IMG/VR virus record: IMGVR_UViG_3300047160_006212
Direction: 5' to 3' (one strand)
Origin: an uncultured virus (IMG/VR IMGVR_UViG_3300047160_006212)
Lineage: Duplodnaviria; Heunggongvirae; Uroviricota; Caudoviricetes
DNA length: 64,000 bases
Below, piece by piece: positions 44,744 through 54,077 of the stretch (its first letter is position 1; each line of letters starts with the position of its first letter). The position numbers and the translations under genes are program-made. The notes beneath the pieces were generated by a model that saw nothing but the letters and a program-made list of their open reading frames with translations, did no database searches and had not been told where the DNA came from.

Positions 44744-45552
44744 TGCCGCTTATTTTTCCAATCCGGCCCGCCAGCAAACTGGCCTATCCTCGCTCATCGC
44801 CGGGGATCAACCCGGCGCATCCTGCGACGCCGGGCGCGCAGATTGCAGTCGTTGTCAATCCACTTAATGCCAACTACATCAATTTGCTGACCGGGCTAGG
44901 CTGTGTAAACACCCAAGGTTCACAAATAACCAGCGCGATAGTCGGAACGGATGGGATAATCGGTCCAAACTTGACTGCAGGGACCGGGTGCAAGGCACTT
45001 GGCACGTCTTTCCCGAATGTTCCCGTTGGAAATTTTACGGCAGCTGCGATCTTTCGATACACGACCACGAACGGGGGCGCTTACCAGTGTGTTGCGACTG
45101 CCGGCAACGCTTGGGGATGGTGGATGCATAGCGGCAAGCCATGCTTGTACACCAATACAGACAATGCGGCTTCCTTCACTCCGACAGTCGGACGTTGCTA
45201 TTTCATTGCGATGTCGGCGCCTTTGTTCAGTGGCAGCATCATCAACTATGTAATGAGGGACATGATCACGGGGCAGGTTTTCACGAGCAGCGTCAGCCAG
45301 ACATCCGCTGCTTCGAGCACGAACCTTTGGACCATCGGCAACGACACTTCGAATGAGTTTTCAAATTTTCCACTTGCTGTTGCGATGATATCCACTACGG
45401 TTCTGTCGATGCCGCAATTGCGGCAGTGGGCCGATGATCCGTGGGGCTTTTGGTTTCCGCAGCAGTTCGACATAACCAGCGCAATCCGTCATGCTGTTTC
45501 TGCGGCTGTTGTCACCAAAAGTAGCACATTGCCTATGATGGGGGTAGGATGA
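44743..45552 (+). CDS. putative LamG/ConA-like lectin-domain protein
   Basis: Beta-rich 269 aa, INPAHP start and DPW end. Confidence 0.5.
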   Translation: MPLIFPIRPASKLAYPRSSPGINPAHPATPGAQIAVVVNPLNANYINLLTGLGCVNTQGSQITSAIVGTDGIIGPNLTAGTGCKALGTSFPNVPVGNFTAAAIFRYTTTNGGAYQCVATAGNAWGWWMHSGKPCLYTNTDNAASFTPTVGRCYFIAMSAPLFSGSIINYVMRDMITGQVFTSSVSQTSAASSTNLWTIGNDTSNEFSNFPLAVAMISTTVLSMPQLRQWADDPWGFWFPQQFDITSAIRHAVSAAVVTKSSTLPMMGVG

Positions 45553-45589
45553 TACCAGGATGGCATAATCGATAGAAGGGTACGCTACC

Positions 45590-46471
45590 ATGGACAATAT
45601 CGCCAAGATAACCCCAACTGGAACCGAGCTTCTGAAGGGGGGTAATGGTCCGGAGCCCGTTCGCGCGCGGGGTAGGCCCAAGCTTAGGAAAATAGAAGTT
45701 CCGGATATGACGCTGCCACCGCCGGTTATTCCTCCGGAAGCCAAGCCTATTTCTCCCCACCTGTCTGCCGAACCCAAACCTCCCCTCAAGATCGCCATGA
45801 TCGGGACCGCCCCGTCCTCCCGGGACCTTGCTCCGTTCAAGGACCCCAGCTGGACCATTTGGGTCTGTTCGCCCGGCAACGCCTACGGTGTGATTCCTCG
45901 GGTGGATGTCTGGTTCGAAATGCACAGCAATCTGTTACAGCCGGAAGCCGCACAATACGGGCCGCCCTATGTAGAATGGCTGAAGCATCAGACTTTCCCG
46001 ATTTACATGCAGGACCAAAGTTTGGTGCCGAATGCGACGCCCCTGCCGATCCGGGAACTTATTCAGGAGTTTGGACGGTTTTTCTTTACGTCCAGCTTTG
46101 CCTATATGCTGGCGATGGCCATCAGGGCTGGGGCCAGTGAGATTGCCATGTTTGGCATCGATATGGCCAGCAAGGATGAGTACATTCTGCAGCGACCAGG
46201 TGGCCATTACTTCATGCAGCTGGCAGCCCAAAAGGGTATCAGGGTCAGTGTCCCTTATGAAAGCGATCTGGCTCAGCCACCCCCGCTTTATGGATATGAC
46301 GATGCGACGCCATTTGGCCGCAAGTTGACGGTACGCCACAAGGAACTGACCGACCGCATTACGCAGATGACCAATGAGCTTGGCAAGCTTCAGTTCGCCA
46401 AGGCCCATCTGGAAGGTGCCCTTGAGGATAATGAATACTACAAGGCGATTTGGTCAGGTATACAAACATGA
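45590..46471 (+). CDS. putative Maf/GT29/GT42-like nonulosonate transferase
   Basis: KIAMIGTAPS...WTIWVCS...FTSSFAYMLAMAI..GASEIAMFGIDM pattern. Confidence 0.6.
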   Translation: MDNIAKITPTGTELLKGGNGPEPVRARGRPKLRKIEVPDMTLPPPVIPPEAKPISPHLSAEPKPPLKIAMIGTAPSSRDLAPFKDPSWTIWVCSPGNAYGVIPRVDVWFEMHSNLLQPEAAQYGPPYVEWLKHQTFPIYMQDQSLVPNATPLPIRELIQEFGRFFFTSSFAYMLAMAIRAGASEIAMFGIDMASKDEYILQRPGGHYFMQLAAQKGIRVSVPYESDLAQPPPLYGYDDATPFGRKLTVRHKELTDRITQMTNELGKLQFAKAHLEGALEDNEYYKAIWSGIQT

Positions 46472-46534
46472 GTTTGGAAATGCAGAAGACTATGAAAGCC
46501 ATTTGGGCGGGGATACAAACTTGAGGGAAACTTC

Positions 46535-46864
46535 ATGCCCGTTGCAGATTATGTCAGCATTGTCAGTAGTTCACCGAACTACCAAAGCGTAACCAATGTT
46601 TCGCAGAACAATGCGGCGCAGTTTGCGTGCGAGTTTCGTGACAGCAACGGGAATTTCTACGTCCCAAATTCAGCTACGCTGAATATCATCTACCCTCTAG
46701 ACACAGTAACCACGGCGTCCACATCAATTGCCATGACGCTGAACAATCAATTCTATACAGCGACGTGGCAATCCAGTGTGTCAGGTTTGGGGCTGGCTAC
46801 ATGGAGCATCACGTCAAGCGCGCCGACAGCAATGTACGGCAAGCTTAGGATCATATCGCCATGA
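46535..46864 (+). CDS. Ig-like/BppU-like small protein
   Basis: 109-aa beta-rich ORF. Confidence 0.5.
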   Translation: MPVADYVSIVSSSPNYQSVTNVSQNNAAQFACEFRDSNGNFYVPNSATLNIIYPLDTVTTASTSIAMTLNNQFYTATWQSSVSGLGLATWSITSSAPTAMYGKLRIISP

Positions 46865-47571
46865 CCACGATACAGACCACATCAGGCAACTTCAATTTCA
46901 ACCCCGGTTTGGGTGAAGTGGTTCTGAATGCCTTCGCCCGCATTGGTGTCCGTCGCCCCGAAATCCTGCAGACGCATCTGGCTGACGCCAGGATGGAAGC
47001 CAATTTGCTTCTTGCAAAGATCAGCAACACCCAGCCCAATCTATGGACTGTGGACCTTCAATCTTTGCCGCTGTTGCAGGGCATTGGCACTTACACGGTT
47101 CCGACCGAAACCGCGATGATTCTCGATGTCTATGTCAGATTCGGGGAACCCATCGAGACCGACCGCGCCATGTATCCGATCTCAAGGAGTGAGTATTCCA
47201 CCTACCCACAGAAGCAACTTCAGGCTTTTCCGACAGTGTATTGGTTCGACCGCCTGATCTCACCAACCATCACCATCTGGCCGGTGCCTGACGGGGCCGG
47301 TCCCTATACGCTTTACTATTATCGGGTTCGGCAGGTTCAGGACGCCGAGTATTCTGATAATACGAATGCTCTCGTCATCGAAGTTCCCTACCTCTGGCTG
47401 GATGCCTTCTGTGCTGGACTGGCCCATCGTTTGGCTCGGGTCTATGCGCCCACGTTAGAACAAATCCGCAAGGCAGATGCAGATGAAGCTTGGGCGCTGG
47501 CTGCCAAGCAGGATATCGAAAATGTCGAGTTAAATATTCATCCGAGCCTCAACGGATATTTTCGAATATGA
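46861..47571 (+). CDS. head-tail adaptor-like protein
   Basis: NLWTV, ISRSEY, IWPVPD, AGLAHRLA. Confidence 0.7.
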   Translation: MTTIQTTSGNFNFNPGLGEVVLNAFARIGVRRPEILQTHLADARMEANLLLAKISNTQPNLWTVDLQSLPLLQGIGTYTVPTETAMILDVYVRFGEPIETDRAMYPISRSEYSTYPQKQLQAFPTVYWFDRLISPTITIWPVPDGAGPYTLYYYRVRQVQDAEYSDNTNALVIEVPYLWLDAFCAGLAHRLARVYAPTLEQIRKADADEAWALAAKQDIENVELNIHPSLNGYFRI

Positions 47572-48074
47572 GAAATGTGATTAGCAAAGAACAGGTCGAA
47601 GCTATTCTCGAATATAGGCCAGAGAAAGGAGATTTTCTTTGGAAGGTTTCTCGCGGTCCTGCGAGGGCTGGGCAGGTAGCTGGGGCTATCTTTAGTGTCA
47701 ATACGCCATGGCCGTACTGGCAGATCAAGATTAACCATAAAGTTTATCTAGCCCATCGCCTTGTCTGGTTGATGGAGCATGGAGAAATGCCGAGCTACAT
47801 CGACCATATCGATGGCAATGGACTAAACAATCACATTTCAAACTTGAGGAAATGTGACATGTCGCAAAACATAGCGAATTCTCGTACCAGCAAAAAGAAT
47901 ACAAGCGGATTTAAGGGCGTTTCTTGGGAGAAAGATTCGGGAAAGTGGCTTGCATCCATCAGATATCGCAGGCGAAAATATCGTCTTGGTAACTTTGATA
48001 GCAAGGAGGAAGCCGCTGCTATGTATCTTGCCATGGCAAAAGATTTGTTCGGTGAATTCGCGAGGGTGGGATAA
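47568..48074 (+). CDS. HNH-AP2 homing endonuclease
   Basis: AHRLVW, IDHIDGNGLNN..NLR, NTSGFKGV, FGEFA. Confidence 0.9.
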   Translation: MRNVISKEQVEAILEYRPEKGDFLWKVSRGPARAGQVAGAIFSVNTPWPYWQIKINHKVYLAHRLVWLMEHGEMPSYIDHIDGNGLNNHISNLRKCDMSQNIANSRTSKKNTSGFKGVSWEKDSGKWLASIRYRRRKYRLGNFDSKEEAAAMYLAMAKDLFGEFARVG

Positions 48075-49003
48075 TGGCCCGCCCGCATGGTCGCGCTAGG
48101 GTTGATAGACATAATCCACAAGCGTTTGGGGTGTGTGACTCGTGCGGCATGCTCTACAATCTAGTCGATTTGTCATATCAATTCGAATGGTACGGCACGC
48201 GAATTCAGCAAACCAATATGTTAAAGTGCTGGCATTGTCTGGACCGATTGCAGGAACAGCACCGTACATTCCATCTGCCTGCCGATCCAGTTCCGATAGA
48301 GCATCCGCGCATTGAACGTGAGTCCTTTATAACTGATCCCATTAGTCCCGTCGCCATCACCTATGGGATTGGCCCACAGCCCACCTACGGCACGATCACG
48401 CAAGGCGGTGGCCTAAGGTCCGCCTTCGATGGCAATCCTGCCAAGCCATTCTTTCTGTGTGCCGCGCAATTCAATTCCAACGCTGGTGACAACATCATCG
48501 GCCGCAGCTGGTTTGATATCACCGACAACAATCAAGGTGTTTCCGTCAGTCGATTTGTGGCCTACGCGCCTGTTGATGGTAAGTTCTTTGCTGGTGGTCC
48601 TTGCGCTTGGAGGTTTGATGGCGCCATGGCTGGTGCGCCGCTGGTGACCGAGTCCGGGGCACCGCTTGTCGATGGTCAAGGCAACCAAATATACACGGAC
48701 CCAACCTTTACGACACTCGCATCAGGAACAACGCAAGGCATCTTCGCCGAAGTTCTCGATGTGTCATTCATCCCGACGACAAACTATATGTATCATCAGT
48801 TCGTCTTAACTGGCGATGGTGTCGGTTCTGTTGCGGTGTCGTTGCTGAGGATTTTCAGGAACGCCAACACCGAGCCAATGGTGCCAAGTCCGCCGCCAGC
48901 AACCGGACTTCAACCGCCACCATTTGGGTTTGTTTACTTGCTTGGTCCTGATGGCGATTATCTGCTTGGACCTGATGGTCAGTACCTCATAGCGCCTGCT
49001 TAG
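48074..49003 (+). CDS. virion protein with N-terminal zinc-binding motif
   Basis: AFGVCDSCG...CWHCLD. Confidence 0.65.
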   Translation: MARPHGRARVDRHNPQAFGVCDSCGMLYNLVDLSYQFEWYGTRIQQTNMLKCWHCLDRLQEQHRTFHLPADPVPIEHPRIERESFITDPISPVAITYGIGPQPTYGTITQGGGLRSAFDGNPAKPFFLCAAQFNSNAGDNIIGRSWFDITDNNQGVSVSRFVAYAPVDGKFFAGGPCAWRFDGAMAGAPLVTESGAPLVDGQGNQIYTDPTFTTLASGTTQGIFAEVLDVSFIPTTNYMYHQFVLTGDGVGSVAVSLLRIFRNANTEPMVPSPPPATGLQPPPFGFVYLLGPDGDYLLGPDGQYLIAPA

Positions 49004-49011
49004 GAGGGCGA

Positions 49012-50985
49012 ATGAAAAAGATCATCATCATTATCCTGAGTATGCTGATAGCCACAGCGGCCATGGCGCAGGCGCCGCAGACACTGAACGCGTATGTCAG
49101 CGGTCTGCCAACCGCCACAGGCATGACTGGATCAGAAAGCTTGTACTGTATACAAGGTGGGCAGTCGAAGCAGTGCACCACTGGTAACTTTACCTTGTCA
49201 CAAACGCCGTTCAGTGCGGTCGGCAATCTGCTGGTGGCGGGGCCGAGCACGAGTCAGATACAGGATGTTTCCAGTTCTACTGGGTTTAATGCACCGATTA
49301 TTTCTACCGGCAGCCTTGCGGCTGGAAACTGTTTGAATGACGCTTGCTCTCCCATCAATCAGATCAAGATTACTAGTTCGGCAACAGTATTCCCACTAAG
49401 GGAAGTAGATGGGCTGGATGTAAGCCTTTCCTTTGGAGGAGGCGCCGCAACAGGAAATTTTACCGGGCTATCAGCCCATCTTGCCCAGACTGCGACGACT
49501 GCTAACACCAACGGCAACTACGTCGGCATGCTGAGCATCGCGACGGCGGACCATCCTGATGGGCCAAGTGCGGCGATCTGGGGCGGCAACGACAATGTTT
49601 ATATCAACAATCTGGCGGCGGGATGGTTGCAGGTGATCGGGCGCGAGATCGATGTCGCGATAAATGGGACGACAGCTACGTCGCAAGACTTACTAGGCTT
49701 GCAGATTGTTGAGACTTCCATCCATAACGTGCTTGGCTCCCGGTCTAATATCGGCATCACCTTAAATAATGGCGCCGCAGCAGCGACCTATGGCTACGAC
49801 TGCATGGTGTGTGCTGGTAATTATGCTGGCTACTTCCCGATGAACTCCAATGGCACCATCCTGGGGGCGTGGGCGCATGCCGTTGCTAGAAATGGAAGCG
49901 GGCAAGCGGTCCCGTCCACCAATGCCGGGACCACGCTTAATGGCGTTGATTTTCGCAATGTTACTTTCACCGGCAAGGCCTTCGCCAGCAATAACTTTGC
50001 TGTTGACGGAAGCGGCACCATGAATTTTTCAGGAGTGCCGATGACCCTTCAGATTAGTCCGTCAAGCACAGGTCAGACTAATGTGGGCGGCGCGGGCGGC
50101 GGAACATTATATGAGAACATCACAACGGACCATTCCACCTGGGCGTCTACTGGTGAACGACCTAATTATTTTTATAGTACTCTTTCACCATCGGTAAACA
50201 CGACAAAAGTTTGGGAGAATTTCTATACGGGTGTAACCCTGAACGGGCCGGGACAGCAGCAAGCCGAAATCAATCAGATGCATGCGGAGTTCACGGCCGC
50301 CAGTGGCGCGGTGTCAACCTCGGATGTCGAGAATTACGAGGCCAGGATAGATAATTCCGGCAGTCTGAACAATATGTTTCAATTTCTTGCCACCACCAAC
50401 AACCTCGCAGGCGGCACGGTCACTCAACTTTTTGGTCTTGAGTGCCGACTCAGCAATGCCAATGCGACTGCTGGGGCTATCGGTTCATTTGCCTGCATCA
50501 ATAACGAAGTGATGTTAGGGGGCGGTTCCGTTCCTTCATTTTTCTATCTAATGCGCAACGCCGAGCCTCGTGCGACAATCGCCACGCTCGGGACCGTAAA
50601 TATTGGAACGCTATCACCACAAGGCATTGCGCTTTACGTGGCGGGTCCTGATACGAGCGGAGGCACCCCTGCAGTCAAAATTGCCGATTCATCATCCAAT
50701 ATTACATTTATGGTCAAAGACGATGGTAGTGTTGTAACACAGTCACTCCAGACATCAGGTAATTCTTCCTATATCAACTATTTGACCATTGGCGGAAGCA
50801 CCACTGGCGTCCCTGTTCAAATAGGGGTGTCCGGCACCGATACCAACATCAGCATCAACCTTACACCGAAAGGCAGTGGGACGGTGAAACTTCCTACTGC
50901 AGCGACTGGAACGCCCACTGCATCTTTGTGCCTTGATGCGGGCGGCAACATCATCAAGAAAACCACGGCAGGATCATGTATCTAA
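49012..50985 (+). CDS. tail fibre/spike-like protein with signal peptide
   Basis: MKKIIIIILSMLIATAAMA; N/T/G-rich; GTDTNISINLTPKGSG. Confidence 0.65.
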   Translation: MKKIIIIILSMLIATAAMAQAPQTLNAYVSGLPTATGMTGSESLYCIQGGQSKQCTTGNFTLSQTPFSAVGNLLVAGPSTSQIQDVSSSTGFNAPIISTGSLAAGNCLNDACSPINQIKITSSATVFPLREVDGLDVSLSFGGGAATGNFTGLSAHLAQTATTANTNGNYVGMLSIATADHPDGPSAAIWGGNDNVYINNLAAGWLQVIGREIDVAINGTTATSQDLLGLQIVETSIHNVLGSRSNIGITLNNGAAAATYGYDCMVCAGNYAGYFPMNSNGTILGAWAHAVARNGSGQAVPSTNAGTTLNGVDFRNVTFTGKAFASNNFAVDGSGTMNFSGVPMTLQISPSSTGQTNVGGAGGGTLYENITTDHSTWASTGERPNYFYSTLSPSVNTTKVWENFYTGVTLNGPGQQQAEINQMHAEFTAASGAVSTSDVENYEARIDNSGSLNNMFQFLATTNNLAGGTVTQLFGLECRLSNANATAGAIGSFACINNEVMLGGGSVPSFFYLMRNAEPRATIATLGTVNIGTLSPQGIALYVAGPDTSGGTPAVKIADSSSNITFMVKDDGSVVTQSLQTSGNSSYINYLTIGGSTTGVPVQIGVSGTDTNISINLTPKGSGTVKLPTAATGTPTASLCLDAGGNIIKKTTAGSCI

Positions 50986-51206
50986 GGATCATAGCAATAG
51001 CTCTAGTAACAACGCCGGTCATGGCCCAACAGCAGCTGGATCAGGTGAGAGCTTCAGCGGCCTTGCCATATATGAGCCAGCAGCGCAACTTTGCGATGGA
51101 TGCGCTGGCGGTTTGCAATGGGGACCTGCAGACGCTGCAGCAGAAATTGAAAGAGGCGGAAGACAAACTCAAGACCAAGGAACCGGAAAAGAAGCCTGAA
51201 CCATGA
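50976..51206 (+). CDS. small exported coiled-coil protein
   Basis: Signal-peptide-like start, coiled coil. Confidence 0.55.
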   Translation: MYLRIIAIALVTTPVMAQQQLDQVRASAALPYMSQQRNFAMDALAVCNGDLQTLQQKLKEAEDKLKTKEPEKKPEP

Positions 51207-51300
51207 CCATACCGCCGCCGCCATCTGGCTATGCCTATGTCATTCTTCCAGATGGAATTTATGTCGTATCTCAGTTGAAGGCAAAGATAGAAACCAAGCC

Positions 51301-52011
51301 ATGACCTATGTAAGCGGGTTGAACTACACCACGTATACCAACACGTTGTCGGCAATGACCATCATTGTGTCCAGCGACGTGAACTTTCAGACTGTCTTGC
51401 CGAGCGCTATCAACTATGCCGAACAAAGGATTTATCGCGAGGCAGACTTTCTGAATAGCGTGAATACCGATGTAGGGACATTGTCATCCAACGCGCGCAA
51501 CTTTCTTTATCCGACCAACATTGGGACATTTCTGATCATCGAACAAATGTTCGTGGAGGACGCGACCAGCAGCGGGTTGTTTTACCCGTTGCAGATTTCA
51601 TCCATCGACTTCATGCAAACCGTCTATCCATCCTTCAATACGTCCATTGGGCGACCTCAGTATTGGGCGCCATTCAACGATGTCAGTTTCAATGTCGCGC
51701 CTGTTCCCGACCAAGCCTACAACTTTCAGGCCATCGGCACCCAGCGTCCACCTGCGTTGTCTGCCAGCAATTCTTCCACATTCCTGACACAGGTTTTGCC
51801 AGATTTGTTCGTGGCTGCCTCAATGATCTATATGACGGCCTATATGAAAAACTGGGGCGCGCAGGCTGACGATCCTCGCAGCGCCTTGTCTTGGGAATCC
51901 CAGTATCAGACGTTGTTCAAGTCGGCGATCACTGAGGAATTCAGAAAGAAATATGAATCTGGGGCTTGGCAGCCTTATACGCCGACACCCGCAACGCCCC
52001 GGAGGGTCTGA
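51301..52011 (+). CDS. head-tail adaptor/connector-like protein
   Basis: INYAEQRIYRE, GRPQYWA, APVPDQAY. Confidence 0.7.
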   Translation: MTYVSGLNYTTYTNTLSAMTIIVSSDVNFQTVLPSAINYAEQRIYREADFLNSVNTDVGTLSSNARNFLYPTNIGTFLIIEQMFVEDATSSGLFYPLQISSIDFMQTVYPSFNTSIGRPQYWAPFNDVSFNVAPVPDQAYNFQAIGTQRPPALSASNSSTFLTQVLPDLFVAASMIYMTAYMKNWGAQADDPRSALSWESQYQTLFKSAITEEFRKKYESGAWQPYTPTPATPRRV

Positions 52012-52013
52012 CC

Positions 52014-52295
52014 ATGCCATACCCCTGTGATCTGACTCAGACAGTCTTTACCCTTACGTCAACGCCGACGATGCTGTTGCCGCGCAATCCAAAGCGGAAT
52101 TATCTGTGCATCCAGAACATTGGGACTTCCGATCTAAGCTTTGGGTTTAACTCAGCCATTATCAGTGGCACGACACTGTCCCCCGGTAGTGCAGGCAAGC
52201 AGGGCGGCTTCTTTATCTGGGAGCATGCTGTTCATACCGGATCGGTTTATGCTTTCTCTGCATCTGGAACCACTTGTGCCGTGATGGAGGGATAG
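52014..52295 (+). CDS. small structural protein
   Basis: NPKRNYLCIQNIG. Confidence 0.65.
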   Translation: MPYPCDLTQTVFTLTSTPTMLLPRNPKRNYLCIQNIGTSDLSFGFNSAIISGTTLSPGSAGKQGGFFIWEHAVHTGSVYAFSASGTTCAVMEG

Positions 52296-53498
52296 ATGCG
52301 GAGATTGGTGCTAACCTTCTTGTTTTTGCTTTGCAGTCTTCCGGCCTTGGCTCAAAGTACGGGTCCCATTGCACCGAGCGGGACGCCTAATCCGATCACG
52401 GATGCTTCGGCTATTGCTGGAAATGCTGCAACGAAATGGAATCCGGCTTATTGGGGCAACCCTGGACATGGGATTGTACACCGCTTCAATCGTATCCTTT
52501 GTGGTGAAGCTGCTTTAGCGTCCAGTGATGCTCCAGTTTCAGTTCCGGATTGGATGGAGACATTGTTTCCTGGGCTTGTCCAGAACTCCCAGTTCATCTG
52601 TATTGATACCATCGGCTCCCTTTCCGTTGTTGGTGCAGCGCGCACATCGGACTATCGCACGGCATTTGGAGGTGTTTCGCAGGGATCGCAGGGGGTGACA
52701 GGCATTGGAGTAAACGATGACACTGGGGCTGGTGCGCCGATTGCATGCGGGTCTTGTCCGTTCGGGATCAGAAACACAGGTGTCGGCGGTGTGACGCTTG
52801 GCAGTCAAATGGATGTCAACAATGGCGGCTCGCTTGTTGATCTTGAGCCGAGCGGCGGCATTGTTGGCGGCTCGACAATTGCCGGGTTATTTACCGGCGG
52901 CGCTTATTCAACGTTTGCAACCCAAAAAGCGTCGGCGGACATTGTGCTGGAGCAAGGGTCCTCGATCCCGACTCGCAAAGGCATTGTCGCTATGGCACAC
53001 GCGTTTGATACAGCGCTCGGTGCAGGCGGCAGCGGTCTGTTTGCCGAGATATATCGAGGTCAGTCAATCCGTTGGCGCAACGCCACCCCAACGACTGACA
53101 GTGAGATTTGGGCTGATGCGTCGGGTTTGCATATTGCTTCTGAAATCGTAGTTACTGGCAGCGCTTGGACTGCGTTCACTTTATCACCTTCATGTGGAAG
53201 CGCGACGTTCACTGTAAACTCGGCGCGATACAAACAGATTGGCAAGACAACCTTTCTGGAATTTTCCTTCACAGTGAACTCAATTGGCACGTGTACTAAC
53301 AATATCACAGTCAGTCTGCCCAATACTGCCAACTCGACTACTTATCTTGTGGGTCGCGAGGAAGCTGTCGCTTTTACTTTTGGAGGCTGCCAGATTGGCA
53401 ATGGGCCGACGACTATAGGGGTGTGCTCTATGACAGGGAATGGAAACTTCTCTAATGGCTCCCGCTTTGTCGGGGGTGGGGTTTACGAGAATCAGTGA
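52296..53498 (+). CDS. tail fibre-like protein with signal peptide
   Basis: MRRLVLTFLFLLCSLPALA; C-terminal AWTAFT...ARYKQIGKT fibre-tip-like domain. Confidence 0.65.
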   Translation: MRRLVLTFLFLLCSLPALAQSTGPIAPSGTPNPITDASAIAGNAATKWNPAYWGNPGHGIVHRFNRILCGEAALASSDAPVSVPDWMETLFPGLVQNSQFICIDTIGSLSVVGAARTSDYRTAFGGVSQGSQGVTGIGVNDDTGAGAPIACGSCPFGIRNTGVGGVTLGSQMDVNNGGSLVDLEPSGGIVGGSTIAGLFTGGAYSTFATQKASADIVLEQGSSIPTRKGIVAMAHAFDTALGAGGSGLFAEIYRGQSIRWRNATPTTDSEIWADASGLHIASEIVVTGSAWTAFTLSPSCGSATFTVNSARYKQIGKTTFLEFSFTVNSIGTCTNNITVSLPNTANSTTYLVGREEAVAFTFGGCQIGNGPTTIGVCSMTGNGNFSNGSRFVGGGVYENQ

Positions 53499-53519
53499 AA
53501 TGCTTCTGGAGACTCTTTA

Positions 53520-54077
53520 ATGCCCCTGACTTCAGTCAGATTAAAGCCCGGCGTCAATACCAAAGAGGGGTCTGAGACAATCATGTTAACTCAACAAAGA
53601 GTATGTGAACTTTTGTCTTATGATCCAGATACTGGGATCATCAGATGGCGATGTAGGCGTGGTGTAAAGAAAGCTGGGGATGTTGCCTCATATGGGGGCG
53701 CGGCTGGATATCTTTACACTAGAATCGATGGAAAACTTTATAGAGTGTCACGTCTAATTTGGCTTATGCAAACCGGAAATTGGCCAGTTAACTACATTGA
53801 TCATATCAATGGCATCAGAAACGATGACCACTGGCTAAATTTGAGAGAAGCCACGCCTAGCCAAAATTGCGCAAACTCAATACACAAAGGAAGCTTTTCT
53901 GGATTAAAGGGAGCCCACTATCGACCTAAGCGAAAGGGTCGTAACAAGTGGACTTCCACCATCGTAAAAAATAGAAAACTAATATATTTAGGAGCTTTTG
54001 CTACCAAAGAGGAAGCACATAGCGCTTACGCAATTGCCGCTGCTGCACTCCATGGCGAGTTTACGAGGCTGCGCTGA
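53520..54077 (+). CDS. HNH-AP2 homing endonuclease fused to duplicated N-terminus of next gene
   Basis: LLSYDPDTG, IDHINGIRNDD..NLREAT, HGEF. Confidence 0.88.
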   Translation: MPLTSVRLKPGVNTKEGSETIMLTQQRVCELLSYDPDTGIIRWRCRRGVKKAGDVASYGGAAGYLYTRIDGKLYRVSRLIWLMQTGNWPVNYIDHINGIRNDDHWLNLREATPSQNCANSIHKGSFSGLKGAHYRPKRKGRNKWTSTIVKNRKLIYLGAFATKEEAHSAYAIAAAALHGEFTRLR

